NCBI RefSeq assembly: GCF_006345805.1
Contig: NC_042998.1
Location: 105,400,001-105,464,000 of the forward strand
Source of the DNA: Octopus sinensis
Taxonomy: Eukaryota
Direction: 5' to 3'
Length of the DNA: 64,000 bases
This document shows, piece after piece, positions 1 through 10,630 of the stretch; positions within the stretch are counted from its first letter, which is position 1, and the number at the start of each line of letters is the position of its first letter. The notes under the pieces were generated by a model. The model searched no databases, was not told the DNA's origin, and saw only the letters and a program-made list of their open reading frames with translations. The translations under genes were made by a program, and so were the position numbers.

Positions 1-340
1 GATTGCATGTTAAAACTTGTTTTAAAGCATGAAAACAAGAAAGCATAATACTCAGTAACAAAACAGGCAAAGAGATATCTAAGTGAATTCCAAATACAGC
101 AAATCTCAGAATCAGACGTACTAGAAAGAAGCACAGAAAAAGCTAAGCATATGAAAACCCGTGCTAAAACTGCTGCTTTAGATATTCTTACTGATAAATG
201 GCAAGAAAAACCTCTCAATGGCAAATACCCAAAGAGAGTTAATAATGGCGATGTTGACCAAGCCCTTACCCATCAATGGTTAGTGCCTTCTGGCTTAAAA
301 TCTGAGACAGAAGGCTTTATCATAACAGCCCAACATATTA
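1..340 (+). mobile_element. R4/Dong-like (restriction-like endonuclease) non-LTR retrotransposon fragment, post-RT region
   Basis: ORF 151-354 reads KWQEKPLNGKYPKR..DVDQALTHQWL..SGLKSETEGFIITAQ, the 'LK.ETEG.IIAAQ' motif of R4-clade elements; homology breaks off right after it. Confidence 0.7.
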
Positions 341-394
341 AAGAACAGCTGTAGCCCGACTTGTAAACAACAAAATGAAACAAAAGGCAAAGTT

Positions 395-493
395 GACCTC
401 ATCGGAATTTAAACTTAGGACAACATAGCAATGGGTGAAATAACACTAGGCATTTCATCCAGCATGCTAACGATTCTGCTAGCTCACCACCTT
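395..493 (-). mobile_element. tRNA-derived SINE (family M, Meta/MESC-like central domain), 5' part
   Basis: Minus strand has a tRNA-like head (ctagcagaatcgttagc ... gtttaaattcc) followed by gaggtcaactttgcc; similar copies at 10.2, 10.5, 24.2, 56.3 and 58.4 kb. Confidence 0.7.
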
Positions 494-696
494 AATGATG
501 ATGATGATGATGATGATGATATTGGTATAGAAAACTATCTGATAGTTTGTCCCAAATACTGGGGAACTTAAAGAATAGTAAGGGATGCACATTTCTGTAT
601 TAATTTGTAAAGGTATTTCTTCTTGTTATTACAAATTAGTTGTTAGGAAAACAGTTCAAAAATTGCAAAGTGTATATATATATATATATATATATA

Positions 697-1654
697 CTTT
701 ATTTTAAGCAGCAGAAAATTCAACAAAATCTGTTACTCTGAGTTTCTCGTTGCCGTTCATCAGACAGTTTTTGCTAGAATGGAACTTATATATTAATTCA
801 ATCTATACTCTTACAAACGCTACACCTTTAAAAAGAAATGGACTTGTTTGATTGGCCCTTTAGAAAAAACGGTCAATCTTCGAGCGATAAACAAAAAGGT
901 CAAAAATATATGTATATATATATAAAAAAACTTATAAAAATTATAAAATCCGAGGAAAAAACCGAGGAAAAAAACCTATTGCCGTTAATGAAGACAGTAC
1001 AAATTAATGCATAGAAATTAAACCTGTTATAAATACTGCAATACATATTTATATTAAAATCCATATATATATATCAACATACACAAAAGGATGCGTGTAA
1101 ACGCCATACATACATATACAGACGTATGAATTTGAATCTAAATATACACATAAAAGCATATTCACGCAAACCGTCTCGCACGCAAGCTAAAATTCATCTA
1201 TGTAGCAATTCTCATATACTGAGCAAGGAGGGGGAACGAAAGAAACGGAAAGAGAGAAAAAGGAACGAAGGAGGGGTGGGGAAAAAACTTGTAACGATGT
1301 TATTGGCATCTATAGAGGCCAGTATACATACACAAGTTTGAATTGATACATATACATACCGTCGTGTATATGTGTGCTTAAGCACAAGCATACTTTCACT
1401 TACACATACACAGATACGCATGCTTACAAATACATATGCTTTGCTATACACATACTTATATAAACATTCTAATTTTGACAACATTGCTTTTTTTTTAAAA
1501 AAAAACATTGCTTTTAAAAAATGGGTGCATTAATAAAAATATATACGAAAGACATATAAAATAAAATATAACATCCTATTTTGGGTCATTTATAAATAAT
1601 CAAGGTAATCCTATGCAATACAATAACATGAAAACAAAGTTTGTAGGTTTTTCC
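697..1654 (-). repeat. 3' pseudo-LTR, in sense with the ORF
   Basis: Reverse complement of 3523-4510 with only scattered substitutions and small indels. Confidence 0.92.
725..771 (-). ncRNA. Minimal type I hammerhead ribozyme motif in the sense pLTR
   Basis: Minus strand AAAACUGU-CUGAUGA-ACGGCAACGA-GAAA-CUCAGAG-U-A-ACAGAUUUU: stem I CUGU/ACAG, core CUGAUGA..GAAA, short stem III, GUA cleavage triplet. PLE pLTRs are known to carry such motifs. Confidence 0.72.
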
Positions 1655-1751
1655 TAATATATATGTAGAAACAATAAGACTTTGCTATAGATCCGTCGTA
1701 GCGCTCAAGTGTCAAAATCAAAATCAAAAATCAAAATACAAAATATATACT

Positions 1752-3386
1752 CTATCCATATGGTATATTTATATTCGACGTTTTAAATTTAGCCGCGTGC
1801 CTACATAAGTTCATTAACTCACTTCTTTGATTCAAAGAATTATTGTCTTTGAATAAGATGTGCATTTTCTCTAATAAGCAAAGTCTGCACTTGAAATTAT
1901 ATTTGTAAGCTCCATGCCTGTATGGTGCCGCCCTGTCCAGAATGCTCCATGTCACGTTGAAAGGTGGGGCTTCCTTTTCTTTTAGTTCCCAGACATATTT
2001 TGCTAGGCTGGTTTTCTTCCTATTCTCTGGGTATTTAAAAGAATTCTTATGAGAATAAAATCTTGTTTTAAATGAATTTTCTGAAGCCCCTGTGTATGTC
2101 TTGTATTCCGATGAGCCTTCCACTTGCACCTTGGCTCTATAAACTGCCCCTTTCACTAGACATTTCCCTTCTAACGGACAGGAGCTTTCGTTTTTGAAAT
2201 TACATTTCTTAATGGGCTCGGCACCATGTCTAATCTCAATTAGCTTCCTATTATGTTGGCTAATGTAAGAGGCGAAATTTCTGCAACAAGAATAGCTAAC
2301 CTTCAGGGTTCTTCTATTAAATATTCTGTAGAATTTATGACCCTGCTTAAAATGCTTAGAGACTAATCTCAAAAATTCCTTACCTATATTAGTCTTTACG
2401 GCCAAATTGAAAGCCGGGTTGAACCACAAAACTTTCCTGGTCCTAGTTCTTCGTGCAGCATTATTATTAGCATTAAGCTGGTTGAACTGGATCTTCTCCG
2501 AGAATCCACTATTCTTTAATGCGCTATCGTAATAAGGTGCAGCATTATGGAATGCTGCCTCGTCCGAAGAAATTGAAGATATTCTTCTACCTACATTGCT
2601 GACTAAGTTGCTAAGGATAACTGGTGGATGGTTCGAATCTTTGCTAATATACGATAGCTTTTCATTGGGCTTACGGAAAGGTTTAAATCTATCCGATCTT
2701 ACATTAAAATTTACGTCTAAAAAATCTACACTATTCAGGTTAGCATCTATCGTAATCCGTAAGCCCATCCTTTGAAAGAAAGCTATAAGGTCCTTCCTAA
2801 GTCTATCTGATTCATGGCCGTTTAGATTATGCGTTGTTATAAGGCCGTCATCCCTATATAAACCTGCATCTATAAATGGGAATTCTATTTTTAGATTATG
2901 GAGAATAAAGGCTCCTATGAGCATATATAATTCAGCCCCGTCGTATGCCCCCATCGGTACATCGAAAAGAGAATCCTCAGTCTTCTTAATCCAGGTGGAA
3001 TCCTCGAAAAACAGAAGCGATTTCCTCGCATGCATAATAATTTCAATTTCCGAGCTATCGATGTTGACATACTGCTTGGCGAAGTCCAATGCCCTTAGGA
3101 GCAACGTCCTAGATATCGACGGGTAAAAGTCAATAATGTCGAATTGTGTGAAACTACAATTATTCTTATAGCTAATACCTTTTAACCACTCTATAACTGA
3201 CTTACTATTCTTCCAAATTCTCAAGTCTACTTCACTATCTAACTTAACTAAAATACGGTCCAAAATATTTTTGCTAATAATTCCTATCTCAGTCTTAGCC
3301 GGATTTATCAATCTACATTTGGGGTTTCTACTAAAATTGTCTTTATGGTCTTTCAGAGTAATAAAAGCTGGTCGTGGTGAAAGGTA
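1752..3386 (-). CDS. PLE reverse transcriptase + GIY-YIG endonuclease (N-terminally truncated open frame)
   Basis: RT motifs FDIIDFYPSI, VPMGAYDGAE, YRDDGL; Cys linker C..SSCPLEGKC; endonuclease AVYRAKV..YTG..FKTRFYSH, CRLCLLEK, LNQRSEL..CRH. The track start is a TTG; the frame stays open upstream (YLSPRPAFITLKDHKDNFSRNPKCRLINPAK) to a TAA at 3387-3389, so the true N-terminus is missing. Confidence 0.93.
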   Translation of the reverse strand, partial: YLSPRPAFITLKDHKDNFSRNPKCRLINPAKTEIGIISKNILDRILVKLDSEVDLRIWKNSKSVIEWLKGISYKNNCSFTQFDIIDFYPSISRTLLLRALDFAKQYVNIDSSEIEIIMHARKSLLFFEDSTWIKKTEDSLFDVPMGAYDGAELYMLIGAFILHNLKIEFPFIDAGLYRDDGLITTHNLNGHESDRLRKDLIAFFQRMGLRITIDANLNSVDFLDVNFNVRSDRFKPFRKPNEKLSYISKDSNHPPVILSNLVSNVGRRISSISSDEAAFHNAAPYYDSALKNSGFSEKIQFNQLNANNNAARRTRTRKVLWFNPAFNLAVKTNIGKEFLRLVSKHFKQGHKFYRIFNRRTLKVSYSCCRNFASYISQHNRKLIEIRHGAEPIKKCNFKNESSCPLEGKCLVKGAVYRAKVQVEGSSEYKTYTGASENSFKTRFYSHKNSFKYPENRKKTSLAKYVWELKEKEAPPFNVTWSILDRAAPYRHGAYKYNFKCRLCLLEKMHILFKDNNSLNQRSELMNLCRHAAKFKTSNINIPYG

Positions 3387-4585
3387 TTACTCTACCACTG
3401 GTATTTGAGTACTCTTTTTTCCACCTTGTTTCACATTTATGTGTTTACTCCGGTCTAACCCGCTCCTTGTAAAAGTTTGAGCGACTCTGCACAGGTAGGA
3501 AGAACAAACAGCTGAAAAAGATGGAAAAACCTACAAATTTTGTTTTCATGTTATTGTATTGTATAGGATTACCTTGATTATTTATATTACCTTGATTATT
3601 TATAAATGACCCAAAATAGGATGTTATATTTTATTTTATATGTCTTTCGTATATATTTTTATTAATGCACCCATTTTTTAAAAGCAATGTTTTTTTTAAA
3701 AAAAAGCAATGTTGTCAAAATTAGAATGTTTATATAAGTATGTGTATAGCAAAGCATATGTATTTGTAAGCATGCGTATCTGTGTATGTGTAAGTGAAAG
3801 TATGCTTGTGCTTAAGCACACATATACACGACGGTATGTATATGTATCAATTCAAACTTGTGTATGTATACTGGCCTCTATAGATGCCAATAACATCGTT
3901 ACAAGTTTTTTTCCCCACCCCTCCTTCGTTCCTTTTTCTCTCTTTCCCTTTCTTTCGTTCCCCCTCCTTGCTCAGTATATGAGAATTGCTACATAGATGA
4001 ATTTTAGCTTGCGTGCGAGACGGTTTGCGTGAATATATGTACACATGCTTTTATGTGTATATTTAGATTCATATTCATACGTCTGTATATGTATGTATGG
4101 CGTTTACGCGCATCCTTTTGTGTATGTTGATATATATATGTGGATTTTAATATAAATATGTATTGCAGTATTTATAACAGGTTTAATTTCTATGCATTAA
4201 TTTGTACTGTCTTCATTAACGGCAATAGGTTTTTTCCTCGGTTTTTTCCTCGGATTTTATAATTTTTATAAGTTTTTTTATATATATATATATACATATA
4301 TTTTTGACCTTTTTGTTTATCGCTCGAAGATTGACCATTTTTTCTAAAGGGCCAATCAAACAAGTCCATTTCTTTTTAAAGGTGTAGCGTTTGTAAGAGT
4401 ATAGATTGAATTAATATATAAGTTCCATTCTAGCAAAAACTGTCTGATGAACGGCAACGATAAACTCAGATTAACAGATTTTGTTGAATTTTCTGCTGCT
4501 TAAAATAAAGCATATTACTCTACCACTGGTATTTGAGTACTCTTTTTTCCACCTTGTTTCACATTTATGTGTTTACTCCGGTCTA
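3384..4585 (+). repeat. Inverted 5' pseudo-LTR block with A-C-B-A layout
   Basis: B (3523-4510) is the inverse of 697-1654; A (about 73 bp, tattactctaccactgg...ccggtcta) occurs at 3386 and 4513. Confidence 0.88.
4436..4482 (+). ncRNA. Mutated hammerhead motif in the inverted pLTR
   Basis: Same sequence as 725-771 but GAAAC is TAAAC and GTA is TTA. Confidence 0.6.
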
Positions 4586-5464
4586 TATATATATATATAT
4601 ATATACATATATACACACACATATACATGCTCACATATACTCACACATACGTGTACATAGGGGAGAGAAATGAGAAGAAAAAGAAGAGAGAGAAAGAGAT
4701 GAAGACAAAATTTTCCATGTAATACTCTTCCTTTTGATAAGCTAAACATGAATATAAAATTATTACCAGCTCTGTGTGAGAAGGGAAAAAAAAAGAAGGA
4801 AAAGCAAAAAAAACATTTTAAAAATGATTTTGAAAATGGTTTTACAGAGCACTAGACATCATGCTGACAATGCAGTCTATATATTTTCATTTCCTGAAAG
4901 ATTTTTATAGTACTTTGTCAGGAAAAGCCATGTAAATCTAATACTATAATGTCTCTGGGGTTCTAGTCCTCAGGGTCTTGTATAGTAAGATTTAAATTTA
5001 GTTCTGCTTGATGAAGAGAACTTTTGACTTAAAGTAACAGCCCAATATAATTGAGTTTCAGTATTGATTATTTTATTGCTATTCAGTGTATATTCAAATA
5101 AAACCTACTTTGTAAATATTGACATAAGTTTACATAAATTAAAGTTGATACTTATTTCAAATTAAAGGCCTTTAATGATACATACCCCACCACACACATA
5201 CACACATGCACACACATAAATGTATGAATATATTTATGCATACACATACAAATATATCTTTGTGTGTGTGTATACATACGTATACAAGTACACACATTCA
5301 TACATGTATACACACACACACACACACACACATATATACGTATATACATGTGTATGTTTGTATATGTAAGTTTTGTTGTGAGTTTTAAGCTTGTTATAGG
5401 TTATAAATCTACAAGCTAACTTTGCATATATGATTTTATGTTTCACTTTAGTCAAATAGACATG

Positions 5465-5690
5465 TGACCAGGTATAGCTGTATGCTCAAGAATTTTGGTT
5501 CTCAACTTCATAGTTCCAAGTTCGATTTGTTCAATGAATCATCTTGAGCAAATATTTACTACTGCAGGTCAAATCAACTAAAACTTGTGAGTGAAATTTG
5601 GGAGATGAAAATGTGTAGAAGGTTACTGGAGTGTCCATTTGTGTGTCTTGGCTATCAGGTTAGACAATATCCATCACTGTTAGATGACCT
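5465..5690 (+). mobile_element. Diverged tRNA/CORE-like SINE
   Basis: gtatagctgtatgctcaag...gttcgatt...cttgagcaaatattt...aaacttgtgagtgaaatttgg parallels the SINE at 63456. Confidence 0.5.
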
Positions 5691-6394
5691 TAATCTGTAT
5701 ATACCCCTGGTTGTGTTTTTTGCAATGCAAAATCCACTCCTGCTTGTTTGGGTATGAACTCGCCAGGAAGCATCAGAGTGAGTATACAAAATGTTCAGTA
5801 AACACCCATAGCTAACAGTTGCATACTGTCCTTCTCTTCCAGATTGTGAAAGCTTACCATAACATTTAACCTAAATACAGTGAACATTTTATGGGCATAT
5901 ATGGGTTAATAGAGTCCACTCAGATGCAAGTAGTTGGGCCAGGCCCAAAGAAGTGGCATGGGCTCTGGCCCTTCCTCTTCAGACTAATCCATTTTAGAAT
6001 ATAAAGGTTAAATATTTAGATTATAGAAAACACAAACTGAGACCCCAGGTGTAACCTGTGAGAGTTCTTTAATGAGTTCTAGTAGAACGTGTGTTAATTA
6101 CATGCTTAATAAAATTTCATATTTCTGTCTTGATGCATAAATCTATAAATTAATAACATCATTTTGTTATGTTAAAGATTTTATTTATTATTTATTTTAT
6201 TTTGTATATCAACAGCTGAGTAATCAACAGTTAAGGTTATTTAAATATGACACTTGAACATATTTCATTATGCTAAAGATTTTGATAATGCATCTGACTT
6301 CATTCCATAGGAAACACTGTTTCAACACACAAATATCATGACAAGTAGAATGAAAGGGATAATTTATTCTTACCTGGTTAAGAATAAATCACTA

Positions 6395-7195
6395 TTCCTG
6401 GTTTCCATTGATTTAGAAAAGCATTTGACAGGGTACTATGTTAAGTAATTTGGTGAACTCTGAGGAAACTAGATATGGATAAATGGCATGTGCAGGTAGT
6501 TCAAGCTATGTATAAGGATGTTGTTTGTAAAGTAAGAGGTGGCAATGACTTTAGTGATGAATTTAATATAAAGGTAGGAGTCCATCAAGGTTCAGTCCTC
6601 AGTTGCCTCCCATCCATCATAGTCCTCCAAGCCATCACTGATGAGTTTAAGACTGGCTGTGCATGGGAACTCCTATTTGCTGATGTACCCTGTAAGGAAA
6701 TTAGAGAAGAAATTTCAGGTATGGAAGTTAATCCTGGAATTGAGGTGCCTTAAAATAAACCTAGTGAAGAAGAGGGTTTTAACAAGTAGAAAAGACAACA
6801 GGGACCTGGCACTTTCAGGGAAACTCCATAAGCTGAATTCAATGTAAGCAATGAACATAAGAGATTGAAGTGGAATCACTAACAGACTATCAGACAATGT
6901 AAGCTTCATATGTGGTAGATGCACCAGAGCAGTACATATGAGCACACCTGAAACTGAATCTATTAAGTGCCCAGGTAGTTCATTAGAAGTAGTTGATAGC
7001 TCTTGTTACTTTAGAGATATAATTTTCAAGGGAGGTGGATGCTCTGAAAGAATAGTAGCTAGAATAAGAACTGGTTAGGGAAAGTTAAGGAAGCTACAAC
7101 CACAGTTGATTACAAAAGATCTTTTCCCTAAGAAGGAAAGGCAGGTTTTTTGATGCCTGTGTTAGAACTACAAGGTTGCATGGTAATGAGACATG
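6395..7195 (+). mobile_element. Old RTE LINE RT fragment (degraded)
   Basis: DLEKAFDRV..KLDMDKW..VQAMYKD..VGVHQGSVLS..IIVLQAITDEFKTGCAWELLFAD, homologous to the RTE at 51-52 kb, with stops and frameshifts. Confidence 0.88.
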
Positions 7196-7585
7196 GGCTT
7201 TGAATGCATTCTTTTATCTTCACCAGCTCATTGCTCTTGTCTAATCCACCTTTCAACCCAACTTATCTTGGTAATCTACCTCTCCACCCCTCAATCACCT
7301 TCCCATACAATCCTGCAAACCACTCACCTACCCACTTCTACTCACCTTGTGCTTCTTGGGAAGGGGCACCTGGACACCTTATTGCTATCATTTTCTCCTT
7401 CTCTCCTCCTCCTCCTTTTCCACTACTAGATGTGTGTAGTGATGCAGATCTTCTGAATGACTACACACATCTGCAAGAACCTGCACTGTCCTGCTCTCTC
7501 ATAGTAATCTGATTGTCTTCCTAGCATGAAGCAGACCTCCCCACCTCCCCCTTGGTTCATAGCACTGTGAACTGCATGGCAACCT

Positions 7586-7626
<41 letters not shown>

Positions 7627-7627
7627 A

Positions 7628-7883
7628 AAGGTGCATGGCTTAATGATTAGGGTTTTCAGCTTACAATCATAAGATCATGAGTTCAATTGTTCAATTCCTG
7701 GTGACACACTGTGTCCTTGAGCAAGACACTTTATTTCACATTGCTCCAGTTCACTCAACTGGAAAAAATGAGTAGTACCTGTATTCCAAAGGGCCAGCTC
7801 TATCATACTCTGTCACGCTGAATCGCCATGAGAAATACAATAAGTGGCTGACCACTCCATGTCTGTGGAGTGGTCAGCCACTT
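7628..7883 (+). mobile_element. tRNA-derived SINE
   Basis: Head ggtgcatggcttaatgattag...gagttcaatt, then tgtgtccttgagcaagacactttatttcac and ctcaactggaaaaaatgagtag. Confidence 0.7.
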
Positions 7884-8285
7884 CATCATCATCATCATCG
7901 TCGTTTAGCGTCCGTTTTCCATGCTAGCATGGGTTGGACGGTTCTACTGGGGTCTGTGAAGCCAGAAGGCTTCATCAGGCCCAGTCAAATCTGGCAGTGT
8001 TTCTACGGCTGGATGCCCTTCCTAACGCCAACCACTCCGTGAGTGTAGTGGGTGCTTTTTACGTGCCACCCGCACAGTGCCAGACAGAGCTGGCAAACGG
8101 CCACGAACGGATGGTGCTTTTTATGTGCCACCGGCACAAGGGCCGGGCGAGGCTGGCAACGGACACGAAACGGGGCGGTGCTGGCAACGGTCGCGAAACG
8201 GAAGGTTCTCTTACATGCCACCGGCACTGGTAACACATCTGCAATTTCCATTGATCGATTTCCATTCTGATCTCACTTGCACATT
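7884..8285 (-). mobile_element. Young RTE 3' UTR / short 5'-truncated copy with (GAT)n tail
   Basis: Nearly identical to 50350-50720, the 3' UTR of the long RTE. Confidence 0.9.
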
Positions 8286-8353
8286 GATTTCCCAAGCAGG
8301 CTGTTCCATTGATTGGATCAGCTGGAACCTTCATCGTAACTGACTGAGTATTA

Positions 8354-8384
<31 letters not shown>

Positions 8385-8420
8385 TTCCTAGTAAGTTTAT
8401 CTATCTATCTATATATATAA

Positions 8421-8513
8421 ATATGTATCAAATGAAATAAAAAACAGAACACAAAGGTACACGTGTACCGCGACATCCTTTTTGTTCTGTTTTTTATTTC
8501 ATTTGATACATAT
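8421..8513. repeat. 93-bp foldback (37-bp arms, one mismatch)
   Basis: atatgtatcaaatgaaataaaaaacagaacacaaagg and its inverse cctttttgttctgttttttatttcatttgatacatat around a 19-nt loop. Confidence 0.85.
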
Positions 8514-8663
8514 ATCCTCTCACCTCTGCTACTAGCTGGCATATACAGGTGCTTACATTTATCAAGTATTCACCCTGAATTATATATATAAATATATATA
8601 TTCTTTTACTCTTCAAGGTGGTGCCCCAGCATGGCCACAGTCTATATATATATATATATATAA

Positions 8664-8760
<97 letters not shown>

Positions 8761-8769
8761 GTATATGTA

Positions 8770-9181
8770 TTCATTTACTCTTTTACTTGTTTCAGTCATT
8801 TGATTGTGGCCATACTGGAGTACCACCTTTAGTTGAGCAAATCAATCCCAGAACTTATTCTTCATTAGCCTAGTACTTATTCAACCGGTCTCTTATGCCA
8901 AACCGCCAAGTTGTGGGGACATAAACACACCAGTATCGGTTGTCAAGCAATGTTTGGCGGACAAACACAGGCACACAAACATATACACACACACACATAT
9001 ATATGTATATATACATATATATGTTTCTTTCAGTTTCCATCTACCAAATCTACTCTTCAAAGCTTTGGTTGGACCGAGTCTATAGTAAAAGACATTTGCT
9101 CAAAGTGCCACACAGTGGGACTGAACCTGGAACTATATAGTTGGTAAGCAAGCTGCTTACTACACAGCCACGCCTGTGCCT
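8770..9181 (-). mobile_element. tRNA/CORE-like SINE (family C), near full length
   Basis: Head ggcacaggcgtggctgtgtagtaag..ggttcagtccc, CORE-like gtggcactttgagcaaatgtc, internal (TG/TA)n, 3' gaataagtactagg...gactgaaacaagtaaaag. Confidence 0.85.
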
Positions 9182-9189
9182 ATACACAG

Positions 9190-9239
<50 letters not shown>

Positions 9240-10164
9240 ACACACACATATAGATAGATAGATAGCTAGATATAGCTGCATTATCATCATCATCATCAGC
9301 TGCAGCAGCAGCATCCCTTAACGTCAGTTTTCCATGCTTATATATATAAGTACTGATGCAACACAGTATGGAAGATGTTTGGCTACTTAAAATTTCATCC
9401 AATTGCATTGCATGATAATATTAATAATAATTAGTATCTAGAAATACATGGGTTTTCAGGCAATCACTTACTGTCAGTTTTCCATAAAATGCCATTTGGA
9501 TTATATTATTTCCTGTCATGCAAAACATCACAGTATGGAAGAAGGCAGTGTACAGTATTCATACTGACATTCATAATATTTTAAACTTTAGTAAATATGG
9601 AAGAGAGATAAATCTTGTTTAATGTATCAATCCTTACCTATTATGTCCCACCTTGGGCAAGTCTTAGAGGTTGACCAAAGCCTTGTGAGGGAAATTAGGG
9701 AGACAGGAACTATGTGGAAGTTTGTTAGGGGAACTGTTTCTCTTCTTGGGCGATAGATTTTTTTCCTGTTGCTCATTTTAACCTCATGACCAAATTCAAG
9801 GATGCCTTTAGCGAATCCACCCAGCTGCAATCTGCGAATGACTTCCATCCCTCTTCCAACCAATTTTGGAAGCCCTGAAAAGTAATATGTGCTGTTCACT
9901 TCCTTCTCATGTTGTGTGCCATGTCATATCAAGAACATGCAGATCTCATTCACTTCTTTCCTTCTTTCCTCCATCTGCTCTGCAACACAGTTTTACTTTG
10001 TCAAGATTTTATGTTTTTCCAACAATTTCAGCTCATATGTTCAACAAGACCTGCCTCTACTTCTTTTTCCATATAATGATTCCAATGGCAACAGTTGGCA
10101 TGAATTCATATTCTCTTAGTCATCAGTATTCCATGAACTTAAGTTAGCATTATTTCTGTTAATT

Positions 10165-10372
10165 TTTCAACTACAGGTACAAGGCTTCAAATTTTGAGAA
10201 GGGCAATCAATTACATTGACTCCAGTGCTCATCTGGTGTTTATTTTATTAACCCCAAAAGAATAAAAAAGGTAAAGTTGACCTTGACAATACTTGAACTC
10301 AGAACATAAAGCAGAATGCAACACTGCTATGCATATTGCTCGGCATAGTAATGATTCTGCTAGCTAACTACC
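10165..10372 (-). mobile_element. SINE family M (diverged)
   Basis: Homologous to 10407-10630. Confidence 0.65.
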
Positions 10373-10406
10373 TTGATTTCTGTTCATAACATATAGCTCT
10401 ATATAA

Positions 10407-10630
10407 TATACCTATTTCTTTACTACCCACAAGGGATGAACAAGGACAGACAAACAGATTAAGTCGATTATATCAACCCCAGTGCGTAACTGGTACTTAT
10501 TTAATCGACCCCGAAAGGATGAAAGCCAAAGTCGACCTCAGCAGAATTTGAACTCAGAACGTAGCAGCAGACAAAATACTGCTAAGCATTTTGCCTGGCA
10601 TGCTAACGTTTCTGCCAGCTTACTGCCATC
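10407..10630 (-). mobile_element. SINE family M
   Basis: Box B-like ctgagttcaaattc, central gtcgactttggctttcatcctttcggggtcgattaaataagtaccagt. Confidence 0.85.

Larger units (their letters stand above)
697..4585 (-). mobile_element. Penelope-like element (PLE), 5'-truncated, with inverted pseudo-LTRs, inserted in (TA)n
   Basis: RT+GIY-YIG frame flanked by ~960-bp inverted repeats (697-1654 / 3523-4510), plus a direct duplication 3386-3456 = 4513-4585; (TA)n runs on both outer sides. Confidence 0.92.

Noticed and set aside
1655-1751. SECIS element downstream of the PLE ORF
   Set aside because: No in-frame TGA in the ORF and no AUGA/AA/GA stem recognisable by eye
1212-3996. Paired ORFs 1212-1508 (-) and 3709-3996 (+) with the same peptide
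   Set aside because: Both lie in the inverted pLTR copies; low-complexity (TG/TA-derived) translation, no domain
9453-9500. Apparent 40-nt minus-strand exon (gacag|...|gtaagt)
   Set aside because: Stop codons in all three frames
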